Positions 29,997-41,327 are shown, counted from the first letter of the stretch. The stretch: 64,000 nt of DNA from an uncultured virus (IMG/VR IMGVR_UViG_3300010163_001408) (IMGVR_UViG_3300010163_001408); one strand, 5' to 3'. Numbers and translations: made by a program. The notes: generated from the letters alone by a model not told the origin.

Positions 29997-30458
29997 ATGA
30001 AAATAAACAAGTATACAATATTAAATTTCATTTACAATGGTAAGTATTACAAGATAAAGAGTTTATTTAGTCATAAATATAATGATAAAATACCAGTATA
30101 CGTAAGTAAAGATATTCAAGGAGTTATTGCATTAGCATTAAGCGACTCTAGTATAATAATGATAATAAGTGAAGATACATTAAATTATGATAAGGGTAAC
30201 ATAGAATATTATATAATAAGAAGCTTATCAAGATTATATTTTAGTTCAGATATACCTGTAGATGTGTGTTGCTCACATTGGTTTGGTTTTAGTAAAACTA
30301 TAGAAATAATTAGTAATGATAAGAAAATACCAGATGAGCAAAAAAAGAAAAGAATAAATACGTTAGAAAAACTTATAGTAAATAAAAAAGAAGCTAATTT
30401 AAAGATTCCAGAAATAAATAACATAATAGATTATTTTGAATATGCAGAGGTAATTTAG
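29997..30458 (+). CDS. Hypothetical protein
   Basis: 153-aa ORF tightly packed within the operon. Confidence 0.7.
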   Translation: MKINKYTILNFIYNGKYYKIKSLFSHKYNDKIPVYVSKDIQGVIALALSDSSIIMIISEDTLNYDKGNIEYYIIRSLSRLYFSSDIPVDVCCSHWFGFSKTIEIISNDKKIPDEQKKKRINTLEKLIVNKKEANLKIPEINNIIDYFEYAEVI

Positions 30459-30468
30459 GAGATTAAGC

Positions 30469-31614
30469 ATGAAAAAAGTAGTTAATGGAAAAGTAGTTAA
30501 TATTGAAAACATTGATTTATTCGAATTAGCAGCAGAAGGGCTGGCATTACAAAACACAACAGTAAGTATAACATCAGATGGGGTGGAGGGTAATATAAAT
30601 TCACCTTTGATTAAAAAATATATTAAACAATACGATATATTTTTTAAAGCCATGCCATATCCATTATATGCTATTGAAGCAGACATAAAATATGCAACAT
30701 TAGGAAATTTTATAAAAACATTAGCAAAAGAAAAAATAAACATGTGGGTAGATAAAGGTTTATATATAAGAATAGATGAATCCACTGGTATGACATTAAA
30801 AATTGTAAACAATACATGGAGTATTATTTACAACAAGGAGCATAAAGAGGATAATACATCAATGTCCTTATATGAAAATGAAACTGGATATAATGAATAC
30901 AATTGGATTATAAATAAGATAGTAAATAAAGAGAGTACAGCAAACTTTTATGCAGAGTTCATGCCAGAGTTTGTTCAGGCTTGTAATAACCAGCCTATGA
31001 TATTAAAGTGGGAGTTAGAAAATATACTTACATTTGGTAATATACCAAATAGAATGGAATTTAAACAAAATAAAATAATAAACCCACAGGAAAATATGGA
31101 GTATACATTAGATATTTATTGTACCGGTTCTGTAGATACAGATGAAAAGATACAAAGCTGGTCACTGTCAGATATTAGTAGCATAGGAACATCAGTTAAG
31201 TATAAGCAGATGAAAACATATGGCTTTGATTCATATTCTAAGTCAATATCAGATGCTAGTAAATCAAATGGGAAGTTAGAGAAATGCAAGATAAATGGAT
31301 TACATACATTATTTTTGCAATTATGCGGTTTAAAAAGTGCATGTGAAATGAATACATTTCCTAATTTTGAAGGAATAATTATGGACACGCATTTGATATT
31401 TACTATAGAAAGAAGATTATTCATAGCAAAAAGTAATAGGCTTACAGAACCCAAAGATATAGCACATGGAGTAGAGTTATATAGCGTAGAAAATAATAAG
31501 GTTTATTTTATTAAATCTAAGAAGATAAATGAGAAGGTAAGTAAAGACATACTGTATAGTTACAGTATAGCAGATGGAACAGTAAGAATGTGTAAAATAA
31601 TATTTAGCTATTAA
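30469..31614 (+). CDS. Hypothetical protein
   Basis: 381-aa ORF with AGGAG RBS. Confidence 0.78.
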   Translation: MKKVVNGKVVNIENIDLFELAAEGLALQNTTVSITSDGVEGNINSPLIKKYIKQYDIFFKAMPYPLYAIEADIKYATLGNFIKTLAKEKINMWVDKGLYIRIDESTGMTLKIVNNTWSIIYNKEHKEDNTSMSLYENETGYNEYNWIINKIVNKESTANFYAEFMPEFVQACNNQPMILKWELENILTFGNIPNRMEFKQNKIINPQENMEYTLDIYCTGSVDTDEKIQSWSLSDISSIGTSVKYKQMKTYGFDSYSKSISDASKSNGKLEKCKINGLHTLFLQLCGLKSACEMNTFPNFEGIIMDTHLIFTIERRLFIAKSNRLTEPKDIAHGVELYSVENNKVYFIKSKKINEKVSKDILYSYSIADGTVRMCKIIFSY

Positions 31615-31626
31615 ACAGGAGTTAAT

Positions 31627-32592
31627 ATGGAACTGCAAGAGGTAAGTGAGCTAATATATAATAATATAGGAATATTAAAGCAAATTAATAGATATAAGTC
31701 AATATTAAATAGGGGTAATAACCTATTAAGATTTGATGTATTAAATAGGATTTTAATAGAATTACAAAATAGTAAAGCCTACGACCTAAAGGATTATAAT
31801 GAGTGGCTTTTAGTAAATAGAGAAATAATTAAAAAAGAAAAGCCAATATACATTGTTTCTCCTAAAACAACATCAGAATATATTGATATAAAAAGTGGAA
31901 AGCCAATAGAAAAAGATGACTTAACACAGCCAGAAATACTAAAAGCATTAAAATATAAAATAATAAGAAGAGAAGATACAATAGAAACACTATATACAGT
32001 GCCAGTATTTGATATAAGACAAACAAAAAAATTAAATAAAGATATAAAATATGATGTAAACAAACCAATATTGAATACTGCAGCATTGTTACAGCTTGTA
32101 ATAAACATTACAGGGGCAGAACTTGAAATATGTGATGATTTATCATATTATTCTAAGTCTGATAACAAAATATACATTCAAAAGTCTTCTTATAAAGAGT
32201 TAGCAAGCACCATAGCTGAAATGATAACACAACATTATATAAGTGATAATACATTTAAAAATATAACAAAACAACGATTTGATAATGAGAATTATTTTCA
32301 AGAAAATGAAATAGACATATTAAAAAGCAGCTTGACATATGCATTAACAACATTATTTGCAAGTGATAAAGATAAAGGCTTTGATAGATTAAGCGAATTA
32401 AGTATAAATAAGATACTTAACATTTTGTATTTAGTAGATGACATAGTAATGTCAGTAATTCCATTACTAAAGTTTAATACTAATGAAAATATGGATGATG
32501 CAATAACAAATATTAAAAGAATAAAGAAATCTGAAGTAATTCTTGATATATTAAGTGCTAACAACATAAACAAAAAATTAAAAGGCATGTAA
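31627..32592 (+). CDS. ArdC-like N-terminal ssDNA-binding domain with a degenerate metallopeptidase-like C-terminus
   Basis: NRILIELQ…Y.EW..NR.I.K.EKPI.I.SP and VPVFDIRQT; no HExxH. Confidence 0.65.
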   Translation: MELQEVSELIYNNIGILKQINRYKSILNRGNNLLRFDVLNRILIELQNSKAYDLKDYNEWLLVNREIIKKEKPIYIVSPKTTSEYIDIKSGKPIEKDDLTQPEILKALKYKIIRREDTIETLYTVPVFDIRQTKKLNKDIKYDVNKPILNTAALLQLVINITGAELEICDDLSYYSKSDNKIYIQKSSYKELASTIAEMITQHYISDNTFKNITKQRFDNENYFQENEIDILKSSLTYALTTLFASDKDKGFDRLSELSINKILNILYLVDDIVMSVIPLLKFNTNENMDDAITNIKRIKKSEVILDILSANNINKKLKGM

Positions 32593-32756
32593 AAAATAAA
32601 GATAAAAATTAAAACTAGTTGATTAGGTTTAAATACAATAGATATTAAATATAGAACTTGGTAAATATTTTTAATATCTAATAATATAGGCATTAGGTTA
32701 AAAATAAGAGAATTTTTTATTTTTAAAATTTTAATTTGGTTGAAAGGTTAATAAGC

Positions 32757-33575
32757 ATGGATGAATTTGATAATTTAAATGATAGTTTTGGTAGCTTTGG
32801 AAATAATTCAGATGACGGATTCAGCTTCAGCTCAGGATCATTTGGAAATGACAGCAGTATGAATTTTGGAGACCATGACGATGAAATTGGAGAGATAAGT
32901 CTTAATGATGGGTCGCAAGGCCAGAATTTTATACCAGATAATGCTTTTGATGGGCAATTTGATGATAATGCAGGTATATCAAATGATCAAAATTATACAA
33001 ATGATGGTGGTCTTAAAAAGAAGGCTTTATTAACAGCTGCAATAGGACTAGCTGGTGTTGTATTAGTACTATTTATAGCTGCTAAAATAAATAAAGCAGC
33101 CCAAGATAAAAATATACAAAATAATCAGTCACAGGTACAAGTGCAAACTCAGAATCAAAATCAAAATCAGGGAAATAACAATATAAATGTTAATGATATC
33201 ATAAGTACTCAGTCACAGCAATCACAACAGGTACAACAGCAAGTTCAAAAGCCAACAGCAGTTACAACTGTAACAGATAATGAATTTAATTGGGTTGTGA
33301 TCACTGATAGCGAGAATGTAGCATTTAATGATCAGTATACTGAAATGACATTTACTATAACAGGCATAACACATTATGCTAGGTCTGTAGATGTAAATGA
33401 CAATCTAGTTGTTAAAACTACTTTAACTGGTTCTATAAGTGGTTTGTCTGGAACTTATAGTTTAGATGTGCCTTACAATAAGGGTACTAAACTAGTTGTT
33501 GGTAATAACTTTACTGTGCAAGTTCAATTGGGGACATACAATGATAAAACTGTAGTGGGAGATATAAGATATTAA
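32757..33575 (+). CDS. Single-pass membrane protein with acidic/FG-rich N-tail, Q-rich linker and small beta-rich C-terminal domain
   Basis: KKKALLTAAIGLAGVVLVLFIAA helix; ATG at 32757 after AAAGGT (ORF track start 32736). Confidence 0.78.
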   Translation: MDEFDNLNDSFGSFGNNSDDGFSFSSGSFGNDSSMNFGDHDDEIGEISLNDGSQGQNFIPDNAFDGQFDDNAGISNDQNYTNDGGLKKKALLTAAIGLAGVVLVLFIAAKINKAAQDKNIQNNQSQVQVQTQNQNQNQGNNNINVNDIISTQSQQSQQVQQQVQKPTAVTTVTDNEFNWVVITDSENVAFNDQYTEMTFTITGITHYARSVDVNDNLVVKTTLTGSISGLSGTYSLDVPYNKGTKLVVGNNFTVQVQLGTYNDKTVVGDIRY

Positions 33576-33614
33576 ATGTGACAAAATTTATTTTTAAAAT
33601 CTTTTAAAAAAGTA

Positions 33615-33643
33615 TTGACTAAGTGGAATGTCGGCGTTAATAT
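33615..33643 (+). promoter_or_regulatory. Sigma-A-type promoter P1 of the 33862 gene
   Basis: TTGACT-17 nt-TAATAT with an A-rich upstream element. Confidence 0.7.
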
Positions 33644-33729
33644 GTATTTAGTGGTTGAGAAATAAGTTTGTATAGAAAAAGAAAAGCAAAAAAGAAATTT
33701 CAAATTCTTAAAAAAAATTTAAAAGGCTA

Positions 33730-33758
33730 TTGACAAAATGAAAAGGTAGCGTTAAGAT
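33730..33758 (+). promoter_or_regulatory. Sigma-A-type promoter P2 of the 33862 gene
   Basis: TTGACA-17 nt-TAAGAT with an A-rich upstream element. Confidence 0.7.
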
Positions 33759-33861
33759 AATAATATAAGAAATAAAGAGAATTTGAAAAGAAAAAATTGA
33801 TATGTAGCACACCAGTGTGTTTCATATAAACAACAAAAAACTTTATTAGGAGGTAAATAAC

Positions 33862-34629
33862 ATGGATGGAGTATTCGGAACGACTGAAGGCACTGCACCT
33901 GTAGAAGCAACCGCAGTTGAGAAGCAGGAGCACAAGCAAAAAGTAGCAGCTATGAAGGCAGCACTGAAGGAGACAGTTCAGACTGATCCTGATTTCTATG
34001 CAAAGCTGCACAGACTTTCTAACAGCTTCAGAGTTATCAACACTCTTGGCGCAGGCAGAGGTGACAACATCGTAGTGGATAAGGAAGCTATCACTGAGGA
34101 GAATAAGCGTCCTTTGAGACCTGCCAGCAAGACTGTAGGATACAAGCTTCAGAACATCGGCGAAGAGTCTGTTGAGTATACTACTGAGGAGTATACCAAG
34201 GACGAGACAGGTAAGTGGGTAGGCACTGTAGTAAATAGGGTGATCGCACCTGGCGAGACCATTTGCTTGACCAGACAGTACATGACTATGTTCTGTGCTC
34301 AGCCTGAAATTTCTTTCACTTTGGAGAATGGTAAGATCATCGGTACTTCCAGCAAGAAGCAGGCTAAGTCCTTGAAGGAGGAACTTTCCAATCACTACTT
34401 CAGATTCAGCAAGGATGAGAATGGTGCAACTATACAGGTTAATGATGATGAGGTTAAGCTGGCAGTTGATGACGAGAACGGCGTAGTTAAGCCCGAGTAT
34501 GAGAAGGTATTCGGATTCCTTAATAACCCTAAGGAGACTAAGACCAGTCGTGTTAAGGGTCAGAAGTTCACCACTCAGGATATGATAGCTAACTATATCC
34601 ACAAAATGATACAGGGAAATGGTATTTAA
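33862..34629 (+). CDS. Hypothetical protein, probably highly expressed
   Basis: AGGAGG RBS; tandem promoters; own terminator; codon usage (AAG, GAG, TTC, ATC, CAG) unlike its neighbours. Confidence 0.88.
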   Translation: MDGVFGTTEGTAPVEATAVEKQEHKQKVAAMKAALKETVQTDPDFYAKLHRLSNSFRVINTLGAGRGDNIVVDKEAITEENKRPLRPASKTVGYKLQNIGEESVEYTTEEYTKDETGKWVGTVVNRVIAPGETICLTRQYMTMFCAQPEISFTLENGKIIGTSSKKQAKSLKEELSNHYFRFSKDENGATIQVNDDEVKLAVDDENGVVKPEYEKVFGFLNNPKETKTSRVKGQKFTTQDMIANYIHKMIQGNGI

Positions 34630-34686
34630 TACTTGTAAGGCGAAAGCAAGTAAAGTACTTCTAAGAACTAAAAACCGAACCGAAGG

Positions 34687-34717
34687 AGCCACTGTACGAA
34701 AGTATGGTGGCTTTTTT
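34687..34717 (+). terminator. Intrinsic terminator with GAAA tetraloop
   Basis: AGCCACTGTAC-GAAA-GTATGGTGGCT plus TTTTT. Confidence 0.85.
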
Positions 34718-34857
34718 GTTGTATAAGAAATGCATGTATAATGACATAAAAGTATATGAGTACATATTTATTTTTTAATTAAAAGAATAAATATAGGTAT
34801 GCATTTAAAAATAGTATAATAAGCAGTTCAGAAAATTAAAAGGAGACTAAGTTAACC

Positions 34858-35598
34858 ATGAAGCGCGAAAGTCAAGTTATATTTTTTCCTTATTACCTGT
34901 TGGACGTTATGGCAGAAAACGTAAACCAATTTGTTATACAGAATAAGCAGTATGATGTATTTATAGAACATGTAGGAGTATTAAGATGTAACATAAATTG
35001 TAAGAATGATAATAACAACGATAAAACTGAAATATTGTCAGGCACAATGTTTATAGAGATTTCAGAGAATTTGGTAAACTCAAGGTTTACAATTGGATTT
35101 AACCTTATGGCAGATGATGTAAACAATGTAAGAGTGTTTAGTAAGAAAAATTTGCCTCCACAAATTTTTGTTGAAGATTCAATTAGTAATGAATGCGTTT
35201 TTAATAAAAAGGTAAAAACAAGAGTGTTATCAAGTGAATACATAGCAGAACTTGACATGGCGATGATTGGTTTAACACATACAACTCAACACGAGGACAT
35301 ATTAAGCACACTATACACGGTACCTTTATATGAAACAGAAACAGGCCTTAAGATAACAGTAATGCCATCTTATTTAAATGAAAACTTTCCTGAGGATGTA
35401 ATGCCACCAGTTACATTATATAAAGATGATTATTTTTTAAGTATAAACCTACCAGCTACAAAGTTCAGAAATTCATGCATAGGATGTTATATACTTGATC
35501 ATAAGGAAGAATGGGAAACTATGCTAGATGGTTTAAATAATAGCATTAAGGATGAATTATTAAAGCATACAGAAAATAAAGAAAGCAAAGGAGAATAA
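34858..35598 (+). CDS. Hypothetical protein
   Basis: 246-aa ORF with AGGAG RBS. Confidence 0.75.
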   Translation: MKRESQVIFFPYYLLDVMAENVNQFVIQNKQYDVFIEHVGVLRCNINCKNDNNNDKTEILSGTMFIEISENLVNSRFTIGFNLMADDVNNVRVFSKKNLPPQIFVEDSISNECVFNKKVKTRVLSSEYIAELDMAMIGLTHTTQHEDILSTLYTVPLYETETGLKITVMPSYLNENFPEDVMPPVTLYKDDYFLSINLPATKFRNSCIGCYILDHKEEWETMLDGLNNSIKDELLKHTENKESKGE

Positions 35599-35602
35599 TA
35601 AA

Positions 35603-36880
35603 ATGCCAAGAAGAAGAAACAATAGTGTAATATCATTATTATCAGCATCAACCATGTTAATGTTATGTTCAATAACATTACTAGCAAATAATGCTAATAG
35701 AAATAATGACATGCAGGAAGTGCTCAGTAATGAAATTGTAGCTAAAGCAATGGTTACAGAAGAGGCAACATTTAATAAAAATATTAATACAAATAAAATA
35801 ATTAGTGAAAAAGATAATCCAAATAAGAAGCTTGAAAATTTAATAGATGATGAAACTGAAATAACTCCAGAGACATCATCCGTAATAATAAGAATGGTGG
35901 GTGACTGCCTCATACATTCAGGTTTATATAAAGCTGCATTACAGCCTGATGGTACATACAATTTTGATGATATGTTTAGATATATAAAAGACGATATTGA
36001 ATCAGCTGATATTGCAATTATAAATCAAGAAACAATTTTTACAGCAGATAGAAATAACTATAGCAGTTATCCTATATTTGGTAGTCCAGTAGAAGTAGGA
36101 GATGCAGAGGTAAAAGCTGGATTTGACATTATAGCACATGCTACAAATCATACAATTGATAAAGGTATACAAGGAATAAATGATACATTGACATTTTGGA
36201 AGGAAAATTATCCTGATATAAACATATTGGGAATACATAGCAGTCCAGAGGAATCTGATATAGTATACAAGGAAGTTAATAATATAAATTTTGCATTTGT
36301 AAATTATACATATGGTTTGAATGGACTAGAAAGCAGAAGAACAGGTCAAGAGTATATAGTTGATCTTTTACACGATGATGATATAGAAGAAACATTGCAT
36401 GAAGCATCTGAAAATTCGGATATGCTAGTAGCAATATTACACATAGGCACTGAATACGTATATAAACCAACAGAGTATCAGTTAAATAACATTGACAAAT
36501 TTATAGATAATGGGGCAGATATAGTAATATGTGCACATCCACATGTGGTAGAGCCTTATGAAATAAGAACAACAGCAAACGGAAACTCAGCATTAGTATT
36601 TTATAGCTTAGGTAACTTCATATCAAGCCAAAATAAGCTACCTAGAGTATTAGGTGGAATGGCAGAAATAACTATAGAAAAGACAATTTCAGGTGACAAC
36701 ACAATAGTTGAAATAACAGATTACAGTGTGATACCTTTGGTAACACATCAGGAGGCAGGATATTACACAACTTATAAGCTAGAAGATTATACCGATGAAT
36801 TAGCAAAAAAGCATAAATTAGGGGTTACCATAGAAAAATTAAATAATCTATGGAATGAAATCATGAATCAGGAGGAATAA
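35603..36880 (+). CDS. CapA / PGA_cap family metallophosphoesterase with N-terminal signal or anchor
   Basis: VGDCLIH, NQET, ATNHTID.G, H.GTEY, GAD.VI.AHPHV, FYSLGNFIS.Q. Confidence 0.9.
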   Translation: MPRRRNNSVISLLSASTMLMLCSITLLANNANRNNDMQEVLSNEIVAKAMVTEEATFNKNINTNKIISEKDNPNKKLENLIDDETEITPETSSVIIRMVGDCLIHSGLYKAALQPDGTYNFDDMFRYIKDDIESADIAIINQETIFTADRNNYSSYPIFGSPVEVGDAEVKAGFDIIAHATNHTIDKGIQGINDTLTFWKENYPDINILGIHSSPEESDIVYKEVNNINFAFVNYTYGLNGLESRRTGQEYIVDLLHDDDIEETLHEASENSDMLVAILHIGTEYVYKPTEYQLNNIDKFIDNGADIVICAHPHVVEPYEIRTTANGNSALVFYSLGNFISSQNKLPRVLGGMAEITIEKTISGDNTIVEITDYSVIPLVTHQEAGYYTTYKLEDYTDELAKKHKLGVTIEKLNNLWNEIMNQEE

Positions 36881-36884
36881 ATAA

Positions 36885-37283
36885 ATGGATGATTTTGGTG
36901 GATTAATAGTTAATAGGGAAAAATGTGAAGAACTTAGAAAAATAAGATTAAGTATAGCAACAACATTAGGTATACCAGAGGCAGTAAGAACAGAACCATG
37001 TAATTATAAAGGTGAATGTAAGGGAACTTGTCCTGCATGTTACATGGAAGAAAGAAAATTAATGGATAGGGCATATTCATTATATAAAGATGGTATTATA
37101 CAAATGACATATTCAGAAGAATTAAAACAATTACAAAATGACATTGAACTCCGAGAAAATTTTGATTATACATTAAAGCCATATTCAGATGGCTTTGATG
37201 TATTTGAAAATTTTGATGACCTTGAAGAATTCTTAAACAATATATCAGAGACAGAAACAAACAGTCTAGATACATCTAAGTGA
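36885..37283 (+). CDS. Small Cys-rich protein
   Basis: KCEELRKIR..IA…C.YKGECKGTCPAC..E metal-binding-like motif. Confidence 0.75.
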   Translation: MDDFGGLIVNREKCEELRKIRLSIATTLGIPEAVRTEPCNYKGECKGTCPACYMEERKLMDRAYSLYKDGIIQMTYSEELKQLQNDIELRENFDYTLKPYSDGFDVFENFDDLEEFLNNISETETNSLDTSK

Positions 37284-37512
37284 TCTCAATAATTTTAATA
37301 TCCTTGAAAGAATAGACTTTAAAAGAAAAGATGATATGGATACATTTAAAATTTATTAATATACTTCCAAAAGGCATAGCAGTAAATATAGAAACATCTC
37401 TAAATTGTAGTAATCAGTTTATATATGATATAATCAATAAGGTATACATACTAATCATAGATATAAAATCTATGAATCAAAGAATATATAATAAAACAAG
37501 GAGAAAATAAAA

Positions 37513-38241
37513 ATGAAGCAAGGATTTTATGAGAAGTATAGACCAGTAGGAATTGATGTGGAACTAAATAAAAGAAAGAAGAGCAGTACAATAATATTAA
37601 GTGAATTTTATGATAATATCAGACCAGTAACAATAAAAGATTTCTTTAATAAAGAAATTATAGATTTCACTAAAGAAAATGTATATAACAATAAAAATAA
37701 TAGAATAATACTCATAACTGGTGAGAGTGGCAATGGAAAGACTACACTAGCAAGGGTAATTAATAATGATATGCATATCAAACTAGTAGATATAAATGAA
37801 AGAACTGCTAGTATACTTGAAGGAGTAAAGGAATTATTTAAGAATGCAATAAACAGTAAAGAAAAGACATTATTTGTATTTGATGACTTCAACCTTATAA
37901 CAAACCAAGCACAGATAGCAATTTCAGAATTGTTCAAAGATTTACCGGAACACGTAACAGTAATATTAATAAGCAGTGATAAAAAATGGTTAGAAAGATC
38001 AGTTTATGATAAGTGTAATTTAATCATAAGCATTCCTAATCCAACCAGACAAGAAATAGAAAACACAATAAAGCCAATAATAAATAGTAAATCATTGCAA
38101 ATTGGTGATAAGGCATTCAGCCTATTGTTAGATAAGTTGGAAGGTAAAAATTTGAGAGAGTGCATAAATTCAGTTATCCTATTTATAACCTTAAATAAAC
38201 ATACTATTACAGCTAATGACATTATAGAATATATAGGATAA
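37513..38241 (+). CDS. Short clamp-loader-like AAA+ protein (DnaX/RFC paralogue)
   Basis: FYEKYRP, Walker A GESGNGKTTLAR, Walker B FVFDDF, AQ.A, NLRE.IN. Confidence 0.75.
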   Translation: MKQGFYEKYRPVGIDVELNKRKKSSTIILSEFYDNIRPVTIKDFFNKEIIDFTKENVYNNKNNRIILITGESGNGKTTLARVINNDMHIKLVDINERTASILEGVKELFKNAINSKEKTLFVFDDFNLITNQAQIAISELFKDLPEHVTVILISSDKKWLERSVYDKCNLIISIPNPTRQEIENTIKPIINSKSLQIGDKAFSLLLDKLEGKNLRECINSVILFITLNKHTITANDIIEYIG

Positions 38242-38368
38242 CTAGTTAATAATATATACAACTATAGTATATAGCATCTAAATATAAAGAAGAGATTTTT
38301 AATTATATTTAGGTGCTATTATTATTGCAAAATATACATTAAGATATTACTAGGAGGCATAAAAACAA

Positions 38369-39805
38369 ATGGCAGATGCATTGGATAAAAGTTGGTATAC
38401 TAAGTACAGACCAAGGACTATGGAAGAATATAGTGGACCAGCTATAAAGAAAATAGTAAAGATGCGTTTTAGTAAACGAGAAAACATGGCACATGTAATG
38501 ATGATACATGGAACAAGAGGATGCGGTAAGACAACTTTTGCAAGAATCATATCCAAATATTACCTTTGCCTTAATCCAAATGAAGATGGATCACCTTGTG
38601 AAAAATGTGAAATGTGTCAATCAATTAATGATATACTTATAGCTGGTGAATCAACACAAGTAGAAGTGCCAGGTGTCGTAGAGGTGGACGCTACTATAGC
38701 AAATGGTAAAGAGGCTATACAAGAAGTAATGGATGATGCACTATTAGCACCATTATACACACAATTTAAAGTATTAATCATGGACGAATGCCATATGTTT
38801 TCTAATGCGGCACAAAACAGTTTACTTAAACTAATTGAGGACATACCACCTCATTTAGTTGTTATTTTTGCTACTACAGATCCGCAAAAGGTGTTACCTA
38901 CAATCAAATCTAGATGCCAACTTACTCTAGAAGCAAGAAAACAGACTGTACAAGATATGGCAAATAGGCTAATGCAGATATCTGAAATGGAAAAGCTTAC
39001 AGTAAGTAAAGAAGCATTAGAGATTATAGCTAGAAAAGGTAATAGAGTACCAAGGGAATGCATAAACCTACTTGAAAATATAGCTAAGACATATAGCGGA
39101 GAAGTTACAATAGACAATGTAAAAGATTACCTTGGCGGGGCAACATCAGATTTATATATGGAATACTTTCAAGTAGCTAACAAATCCTTAGGTGATATTC
39201 TAGTATTCATAAAAAAATTAAGAGATCAAGATGTTAAGCTAAATGATTTTGTAAGCAACCTTACAGGATTTGTATTAGATAGCATGTATATAAAGCATGG
39301 TATATCATTAGAAGAATATCCTAATGACTATATAAAATCAGTTAAGCAATTATTTGACATATACAATAGCAGTGATTTTGATATGTTGTTACAGGTAATA
39401 GAGTACTTGTCAAATCAGCTTACAGTAGATGACGATAATAAAAATGAGATGTTGCTTGTAACTACTGCTATGAGAATAAGCAAAATAAGTTTATTAGCAA
39501 ATGGGTTAGCTAGGGAGCAAGAAGAAGCAATTATAGAAAATAGGATTTCATTAGTTGAGCATCATAATAGATTAAAAGCAAATAATAATCAAGCTTTAGA
39601 AGCAACAAAAATTGATATGGACTTATCCGAAATTAAAGATGAATTTGGGGATGTGCATCAAGTAGTCAATACAGTAAATCTGTTTGAGCAGGCAAAACAA
39701 AATATTACTGATTTACCAGCTTTAGACACTAATAATGAAATAAAGAAAGTAAATAACAATATGATAAGCTTTGATAGTGAAATAGATGATTTTCTTAATA
39801 GTTAA
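38369..39805 (+). CDS. dnaX: DNA polymerase III gamma/tau-like clamp-loader subunit
   Basis: WYTKYRP, GTRGCGKTT.AR, C…PC..C..C zinc motif, DECH, N.LLK..E..P, ATTDPQK…TI.SRCQ. Confidence 0.88.
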   Translation: MADALDKSWYTKYRPRTMEEYSGPAIKKIVKMRFSKRENMAHVMMIHGTRGCGKTTFARIISKYYLCLNPNEDGSPCEKCEMCQSINDILIAGESTQVEVPGVVEVDATIANGKEAIQEVMDDALLAPLYTQFKVLIMDECHMFSNAAQNSLLKLIEDIPPHLVVIFATTDPQKVLPTIKSRCQLTLEARKQTVQDMANRLMQISEMEKLTVSKEALEIIARKGNRVPRECINLLENIAKTYSGEVTIDNVKDYLGGATSDLYMEYFQVANKSLGDILVFIKKLRDQDVKLNDFVSNLTGFVLDSMYIKHGISLEEYPNDYIKSVKQLFDIYNSSDFDMLLQVIEYLSNQLTVDDDNKNEMLLVTTAMRISKISLLANGLAREQEEAIIENRISLVEHHNRLKANNNQALEATKIDMDLSEIKDEFGDVHQVVNTVNLFEQAKQNITDLPALDTNNEIKKVNNNMISFDSEIDDFLNS

Positions 39806-39929
39806 AACATAGCATTAAGCTAAAAAACTAGTTAACAAAAACATTATACATTTAGTATACAAGTTAAAATCATAAAGGTATCAATTAGAATATTTATATA
39901 AAGCAAGTAAAGTATTATGTTTAATACAT

Positions 39930-39969
39930 AGGATACGCTTAGTTAGTGATATTAAGGGTATCCTTTTTT
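39930..39969 (+). terminator. Probable intrinsic terminator before the membrane cluster
   Basis: AGGATAC.CTTA/TAAG.GTATCCT stem plus T-tract. Confidence 0.6.
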
Positions 39970-40044
39970 ATTGCCTTTAAAAGAGATAAGGAAAAAATTT
40001 TTATTTTTTAACTTATTTTTTAAACTTAAAGGAGGCAAGAGCAA

Positions 40045-40980
<936 letters not shown>

Positions 40981-40994
40981 TATTGTGAGGCAAT

Positions 40995-41306
40995 ATGAGC
41001 AGAATAAGAGAAGTATTAAAAAACAAAAACAAGGTAGAGAAAGCAAGACGGGCTCGTCGTAAAACTGAAATGAACTCCCTTAGAGATATGTCAGCTTTTA
41101 AAGCTAAGTTATATGACGAGCTCCAGCATGTAGAATTAATATTAAGTGATAAGGATGTAGATGCTGTAAGAATAGAAGTGATTGACAAATATATAAATCA
41201 ATTTAGCACAGCTATATATTCAGAAGACTTGGCAGGATATGATGTTACACAAGTAGAAGGTAAACCTAATCAATTTATTATAAGAAGGAAATTTATATAT
41301 TTCTAA
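40995..41306 (+). CDS. Hypothetical protein with basic N-terminus
   Basis: 103-aa ORF with GAGG RBS. Confidence 0.75.
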   Translation: MSRIREVLKNKNKVEKARRARRKTEMNSLRDMSAFKAKLYDELQHVELILSDKDVDAVRIEVIDKYINQFSTAIYSEDLAGYDVTQVEGKPNQFIIRRKFIYF

Positions 41307-41327
41307 ATACATTTGGAGGAATTTAAA

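Noticed and set aside
33727..34692. 321-aa minus-strand ORF
   Set aside because: Antisense shadow of the codon-biased + strand gene, which has the promoters, RBS and terminator.
37270..37359. Frameshifted C-terminal extension of the 36885 gene (IHLSDLNNFNILERIDF…)
   Set aside because: It is short, has no recognisable motif or slippery site, and cannot be told from chance without homologues.
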